Source: the human T2T-CHM13v2.0 reference genome, Homo sapiens
Reading direction: 5' to 3' (one strand)
Assembly: GCF_009914755.1 (NCBI RefSeq)
Contig: NC_060928.1
Length of the DNA stretch: 64,000 nt
Below are positions 26,099-39,190 of this stretch, piece by piece; position 1 is the first letter of the stretch; every line of letters begins with the position of its first letter. The position numbers and the translations under genes were made by a program. A model generated the notes under the pieces. The model was not told the origin of the DNA and made no database searches. It was given only the letters and a program-made list of their open reading frames with translations.

Positions 26099-26240
26099 TG
26101 TCTATATCCTTTGCATACTTACAGTTTTCCTGTTTTTCATCCTTTTCTACATCATGGGGTCTGAGCCAGGTAAGCAAAGACTAGCTTTATTCTCCTCGTG
26201 GTTTTATACACTTGTGGAGCCGGGGGGCTGGAACTCCATT

Positions 26241-26587
26241 ACTATTGTTAGGCTGTTTGTCCCCATCCAAATCTCATCTCCAGTTGTAATCCCCATAATC
26301 CACATGTGTCAAGGGTGGGACCTGGTGGGAGGTGATTGGATCATGGGGGTGGTTTTCCCTATGCTGTTCTCGTGATAGTGAGTGAGTTCTCCCGAGATCT
26401 GATGGTTTTGTAAGTGTTTGACAGTTCCTCCTATGCACGATGCTCTTTCACCCGCTCCCGGGGAAGATGTGCCTGCTTCCCCTTCCACCATGATTGTAAG
26501 TTTCCCAAGGCCTCCCCAGCCATGCAGAACTGTGAGTTAATTAAACCTGTTTTCTGGATAAATTACCCATGAGAATGGACTAATACA
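26241..26587 (+). mobile_element. MaLR solo LTR, THE1D-like, with a small 3' deletion
   Basis: GTCCCCATCCAAATCTCATC...GGGAGGTGATTGGATCATGGGGG...ATAAATTACCCA/TGAGAATGGACTAATACA. Confidence 0.88.
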
Positions 26588-26974
26588 TCTATGTAGAAAC
26601 TTGGATTAGCTTGACATTCTCATAGTCAATATTTTGTACTTCTGAGGCTGTGTTCCTGCTCCACTCTCCCTATGAGGTCTTCCTGAGACCCCTTGATGAT
26701 GGGCTGCATTGGCTGTATGGCTGCTCAGATTAGGGTTTGGAGCATGGATGGCCTATCCTGGGGTCACAGACCTGTACCTCACCTGGCCTGGGGACCAGCC
26801 TCTCTCTCCTGGCATACCTTGGGATGAATGCCACTACCTTGCAAAGTACTTTACTCCCCTGCTGGGTACAAAGCCTTAACACCTGTGAAGACGAAAGAAG
26901 TCTGGGGATTTTGGTTGACCATGAGTACAAATGAAAAAAACAGGGAGGTAGTCATTAAGAAACTATTAGACGGT

Positions 26975-27212
26975 ATGATCTACTGGAAGAGTGACAGCTT
27001 TAGTGTCAAGACAGCTGAATTTGAATCCCTGCTTAGCTATTTTCCAGCTCTGTGACCTTGAGCAAGTTATTTTCTCTGTAAATTTCAATATTTTCATCTA
27101 TATCATGGGAATATTAAAATGGGCCATGGTTAGGATTAGAAATAATGTATACAAAGTGGCTAGTCCAGTGTCTAGCATGCAGTCGGTTGTAATAAATAAT
27201 GGTTATTGCTAA
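26975..27212 (+). mobile_element. MIR
   Basis: TTTGAATCCCTGCTT...CAGCTCTGTGACCTTGAGCAAGTTA...TAGGATTAGAAATAATGTATACAAAGTGGCTAG. Confidence 0.75.
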
Positions 27213-27321
27213 TATTATTTGGCTGTATCAACAGAGTAGCTGTTTCTAGATCAAATAAGGTAGTTGACACACTTCTTAGCTTCATCTGGGGAAACATATT
27301 CAATTTGGGACCCTCCACTTT

Positions 27322-27350
27322 GTGTGTGTGTGTTTGTGTGTGTGTGTGTG
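27322..27350. repeat. (TG)n microsatellite (interrupted)
   Basis: Direct reading. Confidence 0.85.
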
Positions 27351-27851
27351 CGCACACATGCATGATTAAACATTTAGATATTTCCAAGGATGGTGGTCGG
27401 AAAAGCAGAGAATCTGAAAAACATGTCGTATGAGGGAAATGGGAATGTTTATCTTGGCAAAGAGAAAGTTGAGATTGAATTGCTTTTAACTGTTTGTTGG
27501 GTCACCCTGTAGAAGTGGAAATAGACACATGGGTTATAGCTCTGAAGGACGTAATTAGACTCAGTGGGGAAACTGGGAGGCCAGATCCTGCCAGAAACAA
27601 TTCTAGCCATCTAACAATTAGAGCTGTCCAGCAGTAGATTAGGCTGCCTCTGAATTGTCCTGTTCCTGGAATTATCAGAAGATGTGAGACTAGTGGGAGC
27701 ACTGGGAAGGTTTTGGCTTTGGATGGGAGCCTGGATGAGAATGAACTCCAAGGCTCCTTTGTCTGTAGTGGCCATCTTGCTCGTTTTTCTTGTTAAGTTC
27801 CTGTAGGAGGCACCAGTCATAAAAACCCCTTGATATTAAATACCATTATAG

Positions 27852-29460
27852 CTCTCCCTCTCCCTCTCCCTCTCCCTCTCCCTCTCCCTGTCCGTCTCCC
27901 CACGGTCTCCCTCTCCCTCTCTTGCCACGGTCTCCCTCTGATGCTGAGCCGAAGCTGTCCTGTACTGCTGCCATCTCGGCTCACTGCAACCTCCCTGCCT
28001 GATTCTCCTGCCTCAGCCTGCCGAGTGCCTGCGATTGCAGGCGCGCGCCGCCACGCCTGACTGGTTTTCGTATTTTTTTGGTGGAGACGGGGTTTCGCTG
28101 TGTTGGCCGGGCTGGTCTCCAGCTCCTAACCGCGAGTGATCCGCCAGCCTTGGCCTCCCGAGGTGCCGGGATGGCAGACGGAGTTGCGTTCACTCAGTGC
28201 TCAATGGTGCCCAGGCTGGAGTGCAGTGGCGTGATCTCGGCTCGCTACAACCTCCACCTCCCAGCTGCCTGCCTTGGCCCCCCAAAGTGCCGAGATTGCA
28301 GCCTCTGCCCGGCCGCCACCCCGTCTGGGAAGTGAGGAGCGTCTCTGCCTGGCCGCCCATCGTCTGGGATGTGAGGAGCGTCTCTGCCTGGCTGCCCAGT
28401 CTGGAAAGTGAGGAGCGTCTCTGCCCGGCCGCCCAGTCTGGAAAGTGAGGAGCGTCTCTGCCCGGCCGCCATCCCATCTAGGAAGTGAGGAGCGTCTCTG
28501 CCCGGCCGCCCATCGTCTGAGATGTGGGGAGCGCCTCTGCCCTGCCGCCCCGTCTGAGAAGTGAGGAGACCCTCTGCCTGGCAACCACCCCGTTTGAGAA
28601 GTGAGAAGCCCCTCCGCCCGGCAGCCACACCGTCTAAGAAGTGAGGAGCCCCTCCGCCCGGCAGCCACCCCGTCTGGGAAGTGAGGAGCGTCTCTGCCCG
28701 GCAGCCACCCCGTCCGGGAGGGAGGTGGGCGTCAGCCCCCCGCCTGGCCAGCAGCCCCGTCCGGGAGGGAGGTGGGGAGGTCAGCCCCCCACCCGGCAAG
28801 CCACCCCGTCCGGGAGGGAGGTGGGGGGGGTCAGACCCCCGCCTGGCCAGCCGCCCCATCCGGGAGGTGAGGGGCGCCTCTGCCCGGCCGCCCCTACTGG
28901 GAAGTGAGGAGCCCCTCTGCCCGGCCACCACCCCGTCTGGGAGGTGTACTCAACAGCTCATTGAGAACAGGCCATGATGACAATGGCAGCTTTGTGGAAT
29001 AGAAAGGGGGGAAAGGTGGGGAAAAGATTGAGAAATCGGATGGTTGCCGTGTCTGTGTAGAAAGAGGTAGACATGGGAGACTTTTCATTTTGTTCTGTAC
29101 TAAGAAAAATTCTTCTGCCTTGGGATCCTGTTGATCTGTGACCTTACCCCCACCCCTGTGCTCTCTGAAACATGTGCTGTGTCCACTCAGGGTTGAATGG
29201 ATTAAGGGTGGTGCAAGATGTGCTTTGTTAAACAGATGCTTGAAGGCAGCATGCTCGTTAAGAGTCATCGCCACTCCCTAATCTCAAGTACCCAGGGACA
29301 CAAACACTGCGGAAGGCCGCAGGGTCCTCTGCCTAGGAAAACCAGAGACCTTTGTTTACTTGTTTATCTGCTGACCTTCCCTCCACTATTGTCCTGTGAC
29401 CCTGCCAAATCCCCCTCTGCGAGAAACACCCAAGAATGATCAATAAAAAAAAAAAAAAAA
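27852..29460 (+). mobile_element. SVA retrotransposon, full length (SVA_D-like, possibly C)
   Basis: (CCCTCT)n hexamer head, antisense Alu-like domain (~27940-28310), GC-rich VNTR (~28310-28945), SINE-R (~28945-29440), AATAAA plus poly(A). TSD AAATAC(C/G)ATTATA at 27838-27850 and 29460-29472, preceded by TT (L1 endonuclease-like site). Confidence 0.97.
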
Positions 29461-30309
29461 AATACGATTATAACTTCCAAGGAGCTGCAAACACCCATGG
29501 AATGTAAAACACGAAGGTCTCTTATCCTATACCTAGCTTTCTCCCTAGAATGAAATTTTAACTTGGTTTGGGAGAGAGAGAGTCCCAGCCAGCATTTCTC
29601 TTTAGAATGATTAAAGTCTTCGGATCCATCTGGACTCATTCATTTTAACTATTCCATTTCCCAAGAATATCATCTCATTACTTTTTCAATGACCCAATAT
29701 TTTCAGCACAAGTGAATGAGTCCAGAAAGTCATTTCAGCCATCGATTATTTTTGGTAACCTTCTGATCTGCTCTGAATCCCTTTTCTTTTAATTTCCATT
29801 TATGTCCTCGTGTCTCGTCATCTGTTCTAAGCTGAAAATAGTAACTTGGCTTGACCTTATTATCTACCATTTAAGATTTTATAGTCTTTGGTTAAATCTC
29901 ATCTTAATAAGTGTTCCTAGGCTATAGATTGTGGTTTTTCCTTTACTTTTTTTTTTTTTAAAGGCTGTTCTTTGTCACTCCTATCTATGATGACAGGACC
30001 AACATTATGGCCCTTCTCTGAGTATGCCAGAATCTCACTTCATCTTTTTGATAAGAACCATCCTCAACATCAGCTTAGTAAGTTATACCTATTTGCTTAG
30101 AAACAAAGAACACCTCCTCTTTAGCCTTGACCTGTGTCCCAATTCTGTTTCTGAATATACCTAAAATCCTACTTACATGGGATTTAAAATGCCACTGGGT
30201 AGGGCAACGTACCAAGTGGTATTAGTTAAATCTTAATGTGGCTGAGTTTGTCAGCTTCTTAGAAATAAGTTTTGACAACTGAGAAGAGATTGGGCAATAG
30301 AACTCTGGA

Positions 30310-30661
30310 TTTTTTTTTTTTTGCTAGACTATAACTGTAACTATAACTATAAAACTATATATATACATATACATATTTGAGACAGGGTCTTGCTCTGTCA
30401 CCCAAGCTGGAGTGCAGTGGTGCAATCATGGTTCATTGCAGCCTTGACCTCCTGGGCTCAAGTGATCCTCCCTGCCTCATCCTCCTGAGTGGCTGGGACT
30501 ATAGGTGCATGTCACCATGCTAGGCTAATTTCAAAATTTTTTGTAGAGACTGAGTCACATTAAGTTGCCGAGGCTGACCTTGAACTCCTGGGCTCAAGTG
30601 TTCTGCTCACCTTGGCCTCCCACATTGTTGGGATTACAGGCATGAGCCACTGCGCCTGACC
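30310..30661 (-). mobile_element. Alu (AluJ) with tail degenerated into (ACTATA)n/(TA)n
   Basis: Antisense AluJ body at 30376-30661; adjacent T run and ACTATA/TA repeats. Confidence 0.9.
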
Positions 30662-31663
30662 AAAGAATGTCTTTTAAAGCAAATATTTATTGAATGCATA
30701 GATGTGATTGGCAGTATAACATTGAAAAAATCATGAAGAAGACACAGTAGTGGACCTCAAGGACCTGCTATGCAGGAGTGTGGGGGTTTGGGTTAAGACC
30801 TGAGAAAACATGGAAAGGAGAGTTTCAGATCATTAGTGACAAACTTCAGATTTTGAGAGCAGGATCTGGGTGGCCTAAAGTAGTTTTCATACTCAGAAGT
30901 GGAGAGAAAGGAGACAGAAGGTGGTAGAAAAGAGTAATTTTCTTTTGGCTCCCTGGCGTGCTTTTTTTTCATGGATGAATCAGAGTTTCTTTAGATTTTC
31001 AATTATCTTTCTAGTGTGTCCTGCCTAGCTGGGCATTACTCAAAACCCATCCAGTCCTCTGAGGCTTGAAGGGACTTCTGATGCATGTCCTTAGGGCCTG
31101 TCTTTGTTGGTAAATCCAATTTGAGAGGAGGCAGCAAATCAACAGGAAAGGAAAATATTTCCCTTTCTTAATGGTAAAGCCCTCCTCTTTGTTCTTTGTG
31201 CCACAAAGTCTTTTTTATGTTCCAGGACCCAGCTCACCTTCCACGTCCACTATGGAATCTTTTCTGATCACCCAGCTGGACTCGAGCTTTGGGTGGCTGC
31301 AGTGCTGTCTGCTGTCACCCTGAGTGCCTGAGCACTCCTATGGTGCTTACCAGTCCCTGGTTGGCATTACAGGTTTTCCTTTCCTGTGTAGGACAGGAGG
31401 CTGGCCATAGTCATATCACCATCATCAACCTCAAATAGTCAGAGAAGGGCGACCAGGTCAAGGTGCTGAGGATGAAGTCCAGTACTATGCCCTGCCTTCA
31501 GTCCAGGGCTTACAATCTGGGCTGGTCTTTCTCAAACGGGTTTGCTGGTGTTACTTGAGGTCTATGAATTCTGTGAGAACTTTAAAAAATTGTGTTTATC
31601 TGTCAATAATAATAAAACATTTTATCAGTTATAAATACAGAAATTATTTTTTTATAATGATAA

Positions 31664-31921
<258 letters not shown>

Positions 31922-32057
31922 TGGTGAATTTACTTTTTTTTTTATGACCATATTATTCAGGGGTTTTACAGACAATTTCTGGTACCGAAAGACTATTATT
32001 TCTCCAGAAGAGGTTCTTATATTACTCAAATATGAGAGACATTGGTTTAGTCAATTT

Positions 32058-32290
32058 CATTCTGTCATTAACAAATTCATTCATTCATCAATAAACATTT
32101 ATGGTACGCCTATTTATTAGATGCCAGGCCGTTTGTCAGGCACATGAGCAAGTGGTCAGGACCTGTTCTGGGCTCCAGAATCCTCACTGCTCTTCCTGAC
32201 TTACCAGGTAGCCCCTACCGCAGAGTTCAGGCTATCGACTTCTCTATGCCTCACTTTCTCCACCACTAATAAAAGGGTAAGAGAGTATAT
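32058..32290. mobile_element. L2 3' end (-) followed by a MIR fragment (+)
   Basis: ATTCATTCATTCATCAATAAACATTTATGG...TGCCAGGC, then TCTCTATGCCTCACTTTCTCCACC. Confidence 0.5.
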
Positions 32291-33335
32291 CTATTTTTGT
32301 CTTTTGGAGGGGTAGAAAAACATATCCTAGGATTTATTTAGTTATTTATTTTAATTAAAAATTTTTTTAATATTGCCCTGAGAAAGCAGATACCTTAGGA
32401 TTTAAAAACCAAACAAAACCCAATCGAAGTATTACTTGTTTCCAAATTTGGTGTTTTTGAGTCAGAGACAAGCGCTAAATTCACATTTCTTTCCACCTCC
32501 CACTAACCTCAGTGGGAGGGATCCAGGACCCATGGAAGGTCTCAATCAGCTCTAACAGAAATGGGTCCTACACCGTAGAGCAGATTTTTCACAAGAGCTG
32601 TTTTTAGATTTGTTTATGCCGCCACCGACCTCCAATTTCACATTTCAGAAACTCCCATGGGGCTGAGGAGTTACTCCCTGGGAATCTTCTCTGCTTAGCA
32701 GGAGCTCAAGAGCAGAGTGCTGATGGGTCTCATGTTTAAAGAACAATCTGTCACAAAGCTAAGGGGCTTATTACTCATCCTAACACTGAGCACTAAATAA
32801 ACACTGGAGTAGATAGAGACATAACCTGGGACCTTTGAGCATAGAGCTGATATGAATAGTCATTAAAGTAGCACATTGGCAAACCCACTACCCACTGGGG
32901 CCATTCTTGTTGGAAAAGTCTGATCATCTGGCATCCAGTTGCAATGCAATCAGTAAGAACCATTCCATGGTGCTTAAACATGTCAGAGTAAATCTCTAAC
33001 AGGGCCACTACCACCCCGGAAGAGTAAGTGGGATGCACTTTGCTTTAAAGGGATACCTTCCTTTCTCAATATGCTCACAGACAGACGGGGAGCCAGGATC
33101 ACGCAATCCAGTTGGGCAGATTTTTTTCTGATTCTGAGCGTCGCATTTAGCAGGGCAAGTTTTTGTTCCCAAAGCTTCAAGGTCTGGAGCCAGACCTCCA
33201 CTGGTACATGAATCACACTGTGTTTGGGCATCCTAGAAGACATAGGGTGGGCCTACCAGTGGGCCAGCTTATTTACCAGGGCGTGCTTGCTCTCTGTGGA
33301 GCAAGACCTACTAGGGCTTTTATGGGGACATGCTG

Positions 33336-33735
33336 CCTTCATTCATCCAGCAAAAATTATTGAGTGTCTACTTTGTGCCAGACACCACACTAGATATCAG
33401 AGACACAGAGAGAGATAAGGCCCAGTTCCTACTTTTTAGGTGCTTATAATCCAGGTGGAGACACAGACAAATAACAACACAGAGCAGTAAGAGTGATGAC
33501 AAGGGAAATGGAGTCCTTTTCTTCTTGCCAGTCTTGGAGGGTTAGAAAAGCCTTGTTGGAAGGTGGATGTTCAAACTGAGACCCAGAGAATGTACGAGTT
33601 AATAGGTAAAGGCAAGAGGATGGCAAACTGTACAAGTCCCAAGGCGTGGGACAGCATGTAGATCTGAAACTGCACATATTTCAAGATTGGCTGCTCAGAG
33701 AGTGCAAGATGATATGTTGACAAATGAGACAGAAG
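33336..33735 (-). mobile_element. L2 3' region
   Basis: TTCATTCATCCAGCAAAAATTATTGAGTGTCTACTTTGTGCCAGACAC...GCTTATAATCCAGGTGGAGACACAGACAAATAA. Confidence 0.8.
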
Positions 33736-34319
33736 AGGTAAACTTCCTTGATAACATTGCCCCTTACTTATTTTTCTCTGCACTCCTTCCCCAAAGCAGG
33801 TATGGCAGGTACATCTGTGTGTGCATATGTGTGTGTGTGTTTGCATTAAAAAACAACAACTCCAGCAAACGTTTCAATTCAAATATTTAGTTTGCTTGGC
33901 TGAAAACTATTTAGAAGGTAAAGTGTTTGCTCCAGGTCGGGTTGGGGAAAATATCACATGTGAGGCTAGTTATCACAGGGGCTGTGACCTGGTCCTTGCC
34001 AAGCTTCCAAATGTTCGGAAGAAGTTTTAGTCTTTAAGAAAGCAAGCTACCAGGGACTCTCAGTATAGAAACAGAAAGGACTGTGCCAGAGGGATGCTAG
34101 GAAAAACCCTCACAGTTTGCCTCATATGAATGTAAGACCTCTGAATGAATAGTTGTGTATCCTATGGGACCTACAGAAACAGAAATTGTGGTCCTGTGAA
34201 TAAGATGGTGACTTCTATGTGACAACACAGCTTGTTAAATCAAGCTGGCAGATGTAATTAACAATAAGCACAGTATAAAGTCTTAGCATGGCAGTTTACA
34301 TAGTCATAGAATGTTGCAA

Positions 34320-34797
34320 TAGTTAACATATTGGTTAGATATTACAATAAAGTAACAGTGGATTTAATAAAATAAGAGGATTATTTCTTCTCTCATAGAA
34401 GTCTGAGCTGGTAGGTGGTCCAAAGGTGGTAGGTGGTAGGCAGCTCTGCTTTATGAGTTTGTACAGGACCCAGATACCTTCTATCTTGTTCAACTACCAT
34501 CTAGGGTTGAAGATGACTCACTACCACCATGTCCAACCTCCAATTTGAAGGAAAATGGAAAGGGGAAAGTTGAACCAACAGTACCTTTATGAAGGCATGG
34601 CCTGAAAATGGAAGATTATCACTTCTCTTTGCATCACACTGGCAGGTAATTGGTTGCTTGGCCACATGTAGCTGCAATAAAGGCTGGGAACTGCAGTCTC
34701 TAGTTGAGCGGGGTATGTTTAGCTAGAGTTTGGGGTGTTATTGCCAAGGGGAAGAAGAGAAGAATGGATAGTGGTGAACAATTAGTCAACTGTCATA
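34320..34797 (-). mobile_element. MaLR LTR (MLT1J-like)
   Basis: CAGGACCCAGATACCTTCTATCTTGTT...GGCCACATGTAGCTGCAATAAAGGCTGGGAACTGCAGTCTCTAG...GAAGAATGGATAGTGG. Confidence 0.7.
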
Positions 34798-34799
34798 GA

Positions 34800-34960
34800 T
34801 GTTTATCTCTATCATTTGATCCTCTCAACAACCTTGTTAGAAAGCAGGCACAGATTATTTACCATCCTCATTTTTGCAGATGAGAAAATTGAGGTGGAAG
34901 ATTAAGGGACTCCATCAATATCATACAACGAAGCCACATGGCATAGTGGGACAACTGCAA
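34800..34960 (-). mobile_element. MIR
   Basis: TCATTTGATCCTCTCAACAACCTTG...CATTTTTGCAGATGAGAAAATTGAGG. Confidence 0.65.
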
Positions 34961-35173
34961 AAACTTGGTCAGGAGGTGCCCTGGTTGGGCACAGTATTAA
35001 CCACTGAGTTTTCTGAAATGTATTCCTCAGCCTGGGAACAGAATTTCCCAGTGCTTGCAGCTTCTTTCAAGAAAAAGCTTCCCGGTAATCACGGGTTAGA
35101 GGTCGGAGGAGCACAAATTCAAGGGCATTTTGAACATGGCCCCACATGGATGTGATCTGGCTAACCCATCTTT

Positions 35174-36132
35174 TTTTTTAAATTATTTATTATTATTATT
35201 ATACTTTAAGTTCTAAGGTACATGTGCACAACGTGCAGGTTCGTTACATATGTATACATGTGCCATGTTGGTGTGCTGCACCCGTTAACTCGTCATTTAC
35301 ATTAGGTATATCTCCTAATGCTATCCCTCCCCCTTCCCCCCACCCCATGACAGGCCCCAGTGTGTGATGTTCCCCACCCTGTGTCCACGTGTTCTCATTG
35401 TTCAATTCCCACCTATGAGTGAGAATATGCAGTGTTTCGCTTTCTGTCCTTGCGATAGTTTGCCCAGAATGATGGTTTCCAGCTTCATCCATGTCCCTAC
35501 AAAGGACATGAACGCATCCCTTTTTATGGCTGCATAGTATTCCATGGTGTATATGTGCCACATTTTCTTAATCCAGTCTATCATTGTTGGACATTTGGGT
35601 TGGTTCCAAGTCTTTGCTATTGTGAATAGTGCCGCAATAAACATACGTTTACATGTGTCTTTATAGCAGCATGATTTATAATCCTTTGGATATATACCCA
35701 GTAATGGGATGGCTGGGTCAAATGGTATTTCTAGTTCTAGATCCTTGAGGAATCGCCACACTGACTTCCACAATGGTTGAACTAGTTTACAGTCCCGCCA
35801 ACAGTGTAAAAGCATTCCTATTTCTCCATGTCTTCTCCAGCACCTGTTGTTTCCTGACTTTTTAAAGATTGCCATTCTAACTGGTGTGAGATGGTATTTC
35901 ATTGTGCTTTTGATTTGCATTTCTCTGATGGCCTGTGATGGTGAGCATTTTTTCATGTGTCTGTTGGCTGCATAAATGTCTTCTTTTGAGAAGTGTCTGT
36001 TCATATCCTTTGCCCACTTTTTGATGGGGTTGTTTGATTTTTTCTTGTAAATTTGTGTAAGTTCTTTGTAGATTCTGGGTATTAGCCTTTTGTCAGATGG
36101 GTAGGTTGTAAAAATTTTCTCCCATTCTGTAG
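35174..36132 (-). mobile_element. L1PA5-like, 5'-truncated (~960 bp: ORF2 C-terminus plus 3' UTR)
   Basis: The minus-strand frame is the L1 ORF2p C-terminus (WEKIF...[16 protein letters not shown]...[12 protein letters not shown]...FSLIGGN*), followed by the L1PA 3' UTR and tail. Perfect 16-bp TSD TGGCTAACCCATCTTT at 35158-35173 and 36133-36148. Confidence 0.96.
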
Positions 36133-36259
36133 TGGCTAACCCATCTTTGCCTCTTCCAGTCCAAGCACAGACAATGAGCAGAGAGGAGGACAATGTGGGT
36201 TAATGGAAAGAACACTGGATTGGGGTCAGGAGACCCCAAGAACATTGAATTGGAGTCAT

Positions 36260-36510
36260 TTTTAGCTCACATCAATTGCATGCCTGTGAAGTGACAGCTA
36301 CTGAGCTTGACACTGGCATGTCTTCTCATTTAATCTCAGAACAACACTGTGAGGTAGATGTTACTATGTATATCTTACAGAAGACAAAACTGAGGCCCAA
36401 AGAGCTGAGTGGCCCAAAGTTATATAGCTTGTGAGAGGTAGGGCTGGAATTCTAACCTAGACCTTCTGACTGCTAACCCCAAGCCCTTCTACAAAATCAT
36501 ACTGTTCTTT
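36260..36510 (-). mobile_element. MIR
   Basis: TCTCATTTAATCTCAGAACAACACTGTGAGGTAG...AAACTGAGGCCCAAAGAG...GGAATTCTAACCTAG. Confidence 0.75.
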
Positions 36511-36759
36511 ACGCCAAGTAACTGCTGGGCAAGCTGGAACTGAAATGGGATATGTCACCAGTCACACGGATGACCCGTAACACGTCTACCTGGGGCCCAG
36601 GTACTTAGGTTGTGTACTTTGTGAGTCTGCTTTTTGTGTGTGAAGGAAACCCGTATATCAGAGGTTGGATCCCCTAAATTGGCCTTACCCACACATTCTG
36701 CTTGATCTACCTTCTCTGGGCTATGCTTTTTTCTTTGTTAATTTTCTTCTCTTTTCAAA

Positions 36760-37580
36760 ATTGCTGAAGGAATGTATGTTCATAAAATTCAAATAATGTA
36801 GAAAAGTCAGAGATCAATTAGGATGCTTCCCTAACCTCTCTAACTCCTTTTCCAGTCCCTTTCCAGAGGAGACCACTTTCAGCAGTCTGGGGAGCACCTT
36901 TGGATGTTTCTTGTCTAAGCATTTATTTTTGTCAAGATTTTTAAAAAGTAAAAATGGGAATGTGTGTGCTGTTTTGCAGTTCACTTTTTCCACTTCACAA
37001 TACCTTGGGTTTATCTTTCTATACCAGTATATTAAAACTGATCTCATTATTGCTGGTGGACATGTGTTGCACTAGACACACACCTGACTTCAGGTCCTGC
37101 TCCGTTTGGTATTTTATGATGTGTGGTTAATGGTGTGGAGTTTAGATCCATTCAACCTCCGTCCTGAATCCTGGATCCATCACTTATTAGCTGCGTGATC
37201 CTGGGAAACTGACTTAATGGCTCCATGCCTCAGTTTCTTCGCCTGTAAAGTGGGGTTAATATCGGTAACCTACCTCATAGGATGCTAGGAGGACTGAGTT
37301 AACGCATGTAACACATTTACAACAGAGCCTGCAACATATGCTATATGAGTGCTAGATGAGGTTTAGCTATTCTTTTCACACCTGAATACTATTTCATAAT
37401 ATATTTAGTCTATTACTTGACATATAAGTTGTTTGTGATTCTTTTTTTTTTTTTTTTTTGCTAAAACAAACACTGTTGTGATCAGTATACGTTTACATAT
37501 CCCTTTGTGCACATGTGGAAGTGTTTCTGTAGAATAAATTTCTTGGAATAGCATTAGTGGGCCTGAGGGTGTGGGGATTT
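36760..37580 (-). mobile_element. Old L1 (L1ME-type) fragment, split by a MIR
   Basis: TCCCTTTCCAGAGGAGACCACT...; TGTGCACATGTGGAAGTGTTTCTGTAGAATAAATTTCTTGGAATAG. Confidence 0.55.
37120..37372 (+). mobile_element. MIR, near full length
   Basis: TGAATCCTGGATCCATCACTTATTAGCTGCGTGATCCTGGGAAACTGACTTAA...GCCTCAGTTTCTTCGCCTGTAAAGTGGGG...CCTACCTCATAGG. Confidence 0.85.
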
Positions 37581-38872
37581 TCAGTGGTAACATCAGTTGG
37601 TGGGCTCTGCTTGACCATGCTTTTCTTGGTTCACTCATATCAGCTCACCCAGTAGCAGCTGTTGGGCATCCTGCCAGTGTCCTTCCGTCACATGTCCAGT
37701 GGTTGGCAGAGCTATGTGGCAGTAAGCATTCCTCTTTGTCTTCCCAGGGCCTGGCCCTTTGTCAGCGTTCATTAGACTGGATGGCTTGGCTTCCTGGTGA
37801 TCCTGATGGAGATTCTGAATTGCTACTTTATGTAAAGCATGGTGCCCGGGGGAGACATGCCCAGGGCCAAGAACCTTGATCAGACCCACATGCCCAGCGT
37901 AAGGCTGAGGATGAGATTGTACAAGTGGTCAAGAGAATCAACATGGTTTCACCCTTGAATCAGTCCAGGTTCACTAGGGGTTCCATGACATGGCACTTTT
38001 TAACTTGGCGATCATGTCTTTGCTCAGTGATATGGGGTAGGTGTGGATGTGATGATTCACACGATGCAGGGATCGAGTGCACCTCCCAAAAAACAGGAAG
38101 TGAAATAAAGCGGCACTGTGTATTGCTGCTATGACATTTCTCTTGATCTTATTAACACAGGAGGGGCTAAGCAATAAATGTGATAATCTCACTTGGGGAA
38201 TTTGGGGTTGGTTGTTTATCCAATCCTTGAACATTTATTGAACAGTTATTTTGTGTCAGACACGGTTATTGATGTTGGGGTATGGAACTATGGACTAAGG
38301 CATAATTTCAACCTTTGAAAACTCCACAGAAGCTTTAAGAACCCTTGAGGAGACTTAATTTTTCAAGAACAATGGGAATGAAGATATGATACTGCAGGTG
38401 GGGCCTGAGCTCCACCCTGGATGAGGCTGGGGGATGGGTATGCATGGGATTATTGGGGTCCCTTCACACAGAAATGCTCACTGGAGAGGCTTTCCTGTAC
38501 AAATATTAGAAATGTAAAATTACATGTTAATTTCTTTTTCTGTGCTTAGAAAAGGTGCAGGATATATAATTTAGAAAAATGTAAAGGAAAGTTAAAGATC
38601 ACCTATAACTGTCTCATCCCAATGCAACCATTGTGGAATGTACGTGTATTTATTTCTTTATCATGTTTGTATGTAGGTGCATTTTAAAAGCAAAATTAGG
38701 AATCATACTTCATATTCTGCTTTGTGACTTGCTTTGTCACTCAAACTGCATTAGAAGCATTTCACAAATCTTTGAATATTCCTTTACTACATGATATGTA
38801 ATGGATTATGGTGTTCTGTTATATATTATAGTCAAGTTAGTCAATTAATGATTTGAAAGGGCACACTGGTTA

Positions 38873-39190
<318 letters not shown>

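Noticed and set aside
28310-28945. Array of ~35-50 bp repeats resembling a CRISPR or novel repeat array
   Set aside because: These are tandem degenerate units without unique spacers, i.e. the standard SVA VNTR in a human genome.
27830-29439. Cluster of 70-228 aa ORFs
   Set aside because: All lie within the SVA. The GC-rich VNTR is stop-poor and yields repetitive pseudo-ORFs.
35402-36193. 263-aa ORF, the longest in the window, as a functional or domesticated gene
   Set aside because: It is the C-terminus of L1 ORF2p in a 5'-truncated copy. The listed start is a TTG in flanking DNA, the endonuclease and RT domains are absent, and the second Cys of the CCHC motif is mutated (CWRRHGE versus CWRGCGE). 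An open frame of this length in an L1PA5-age copy needs no selection.
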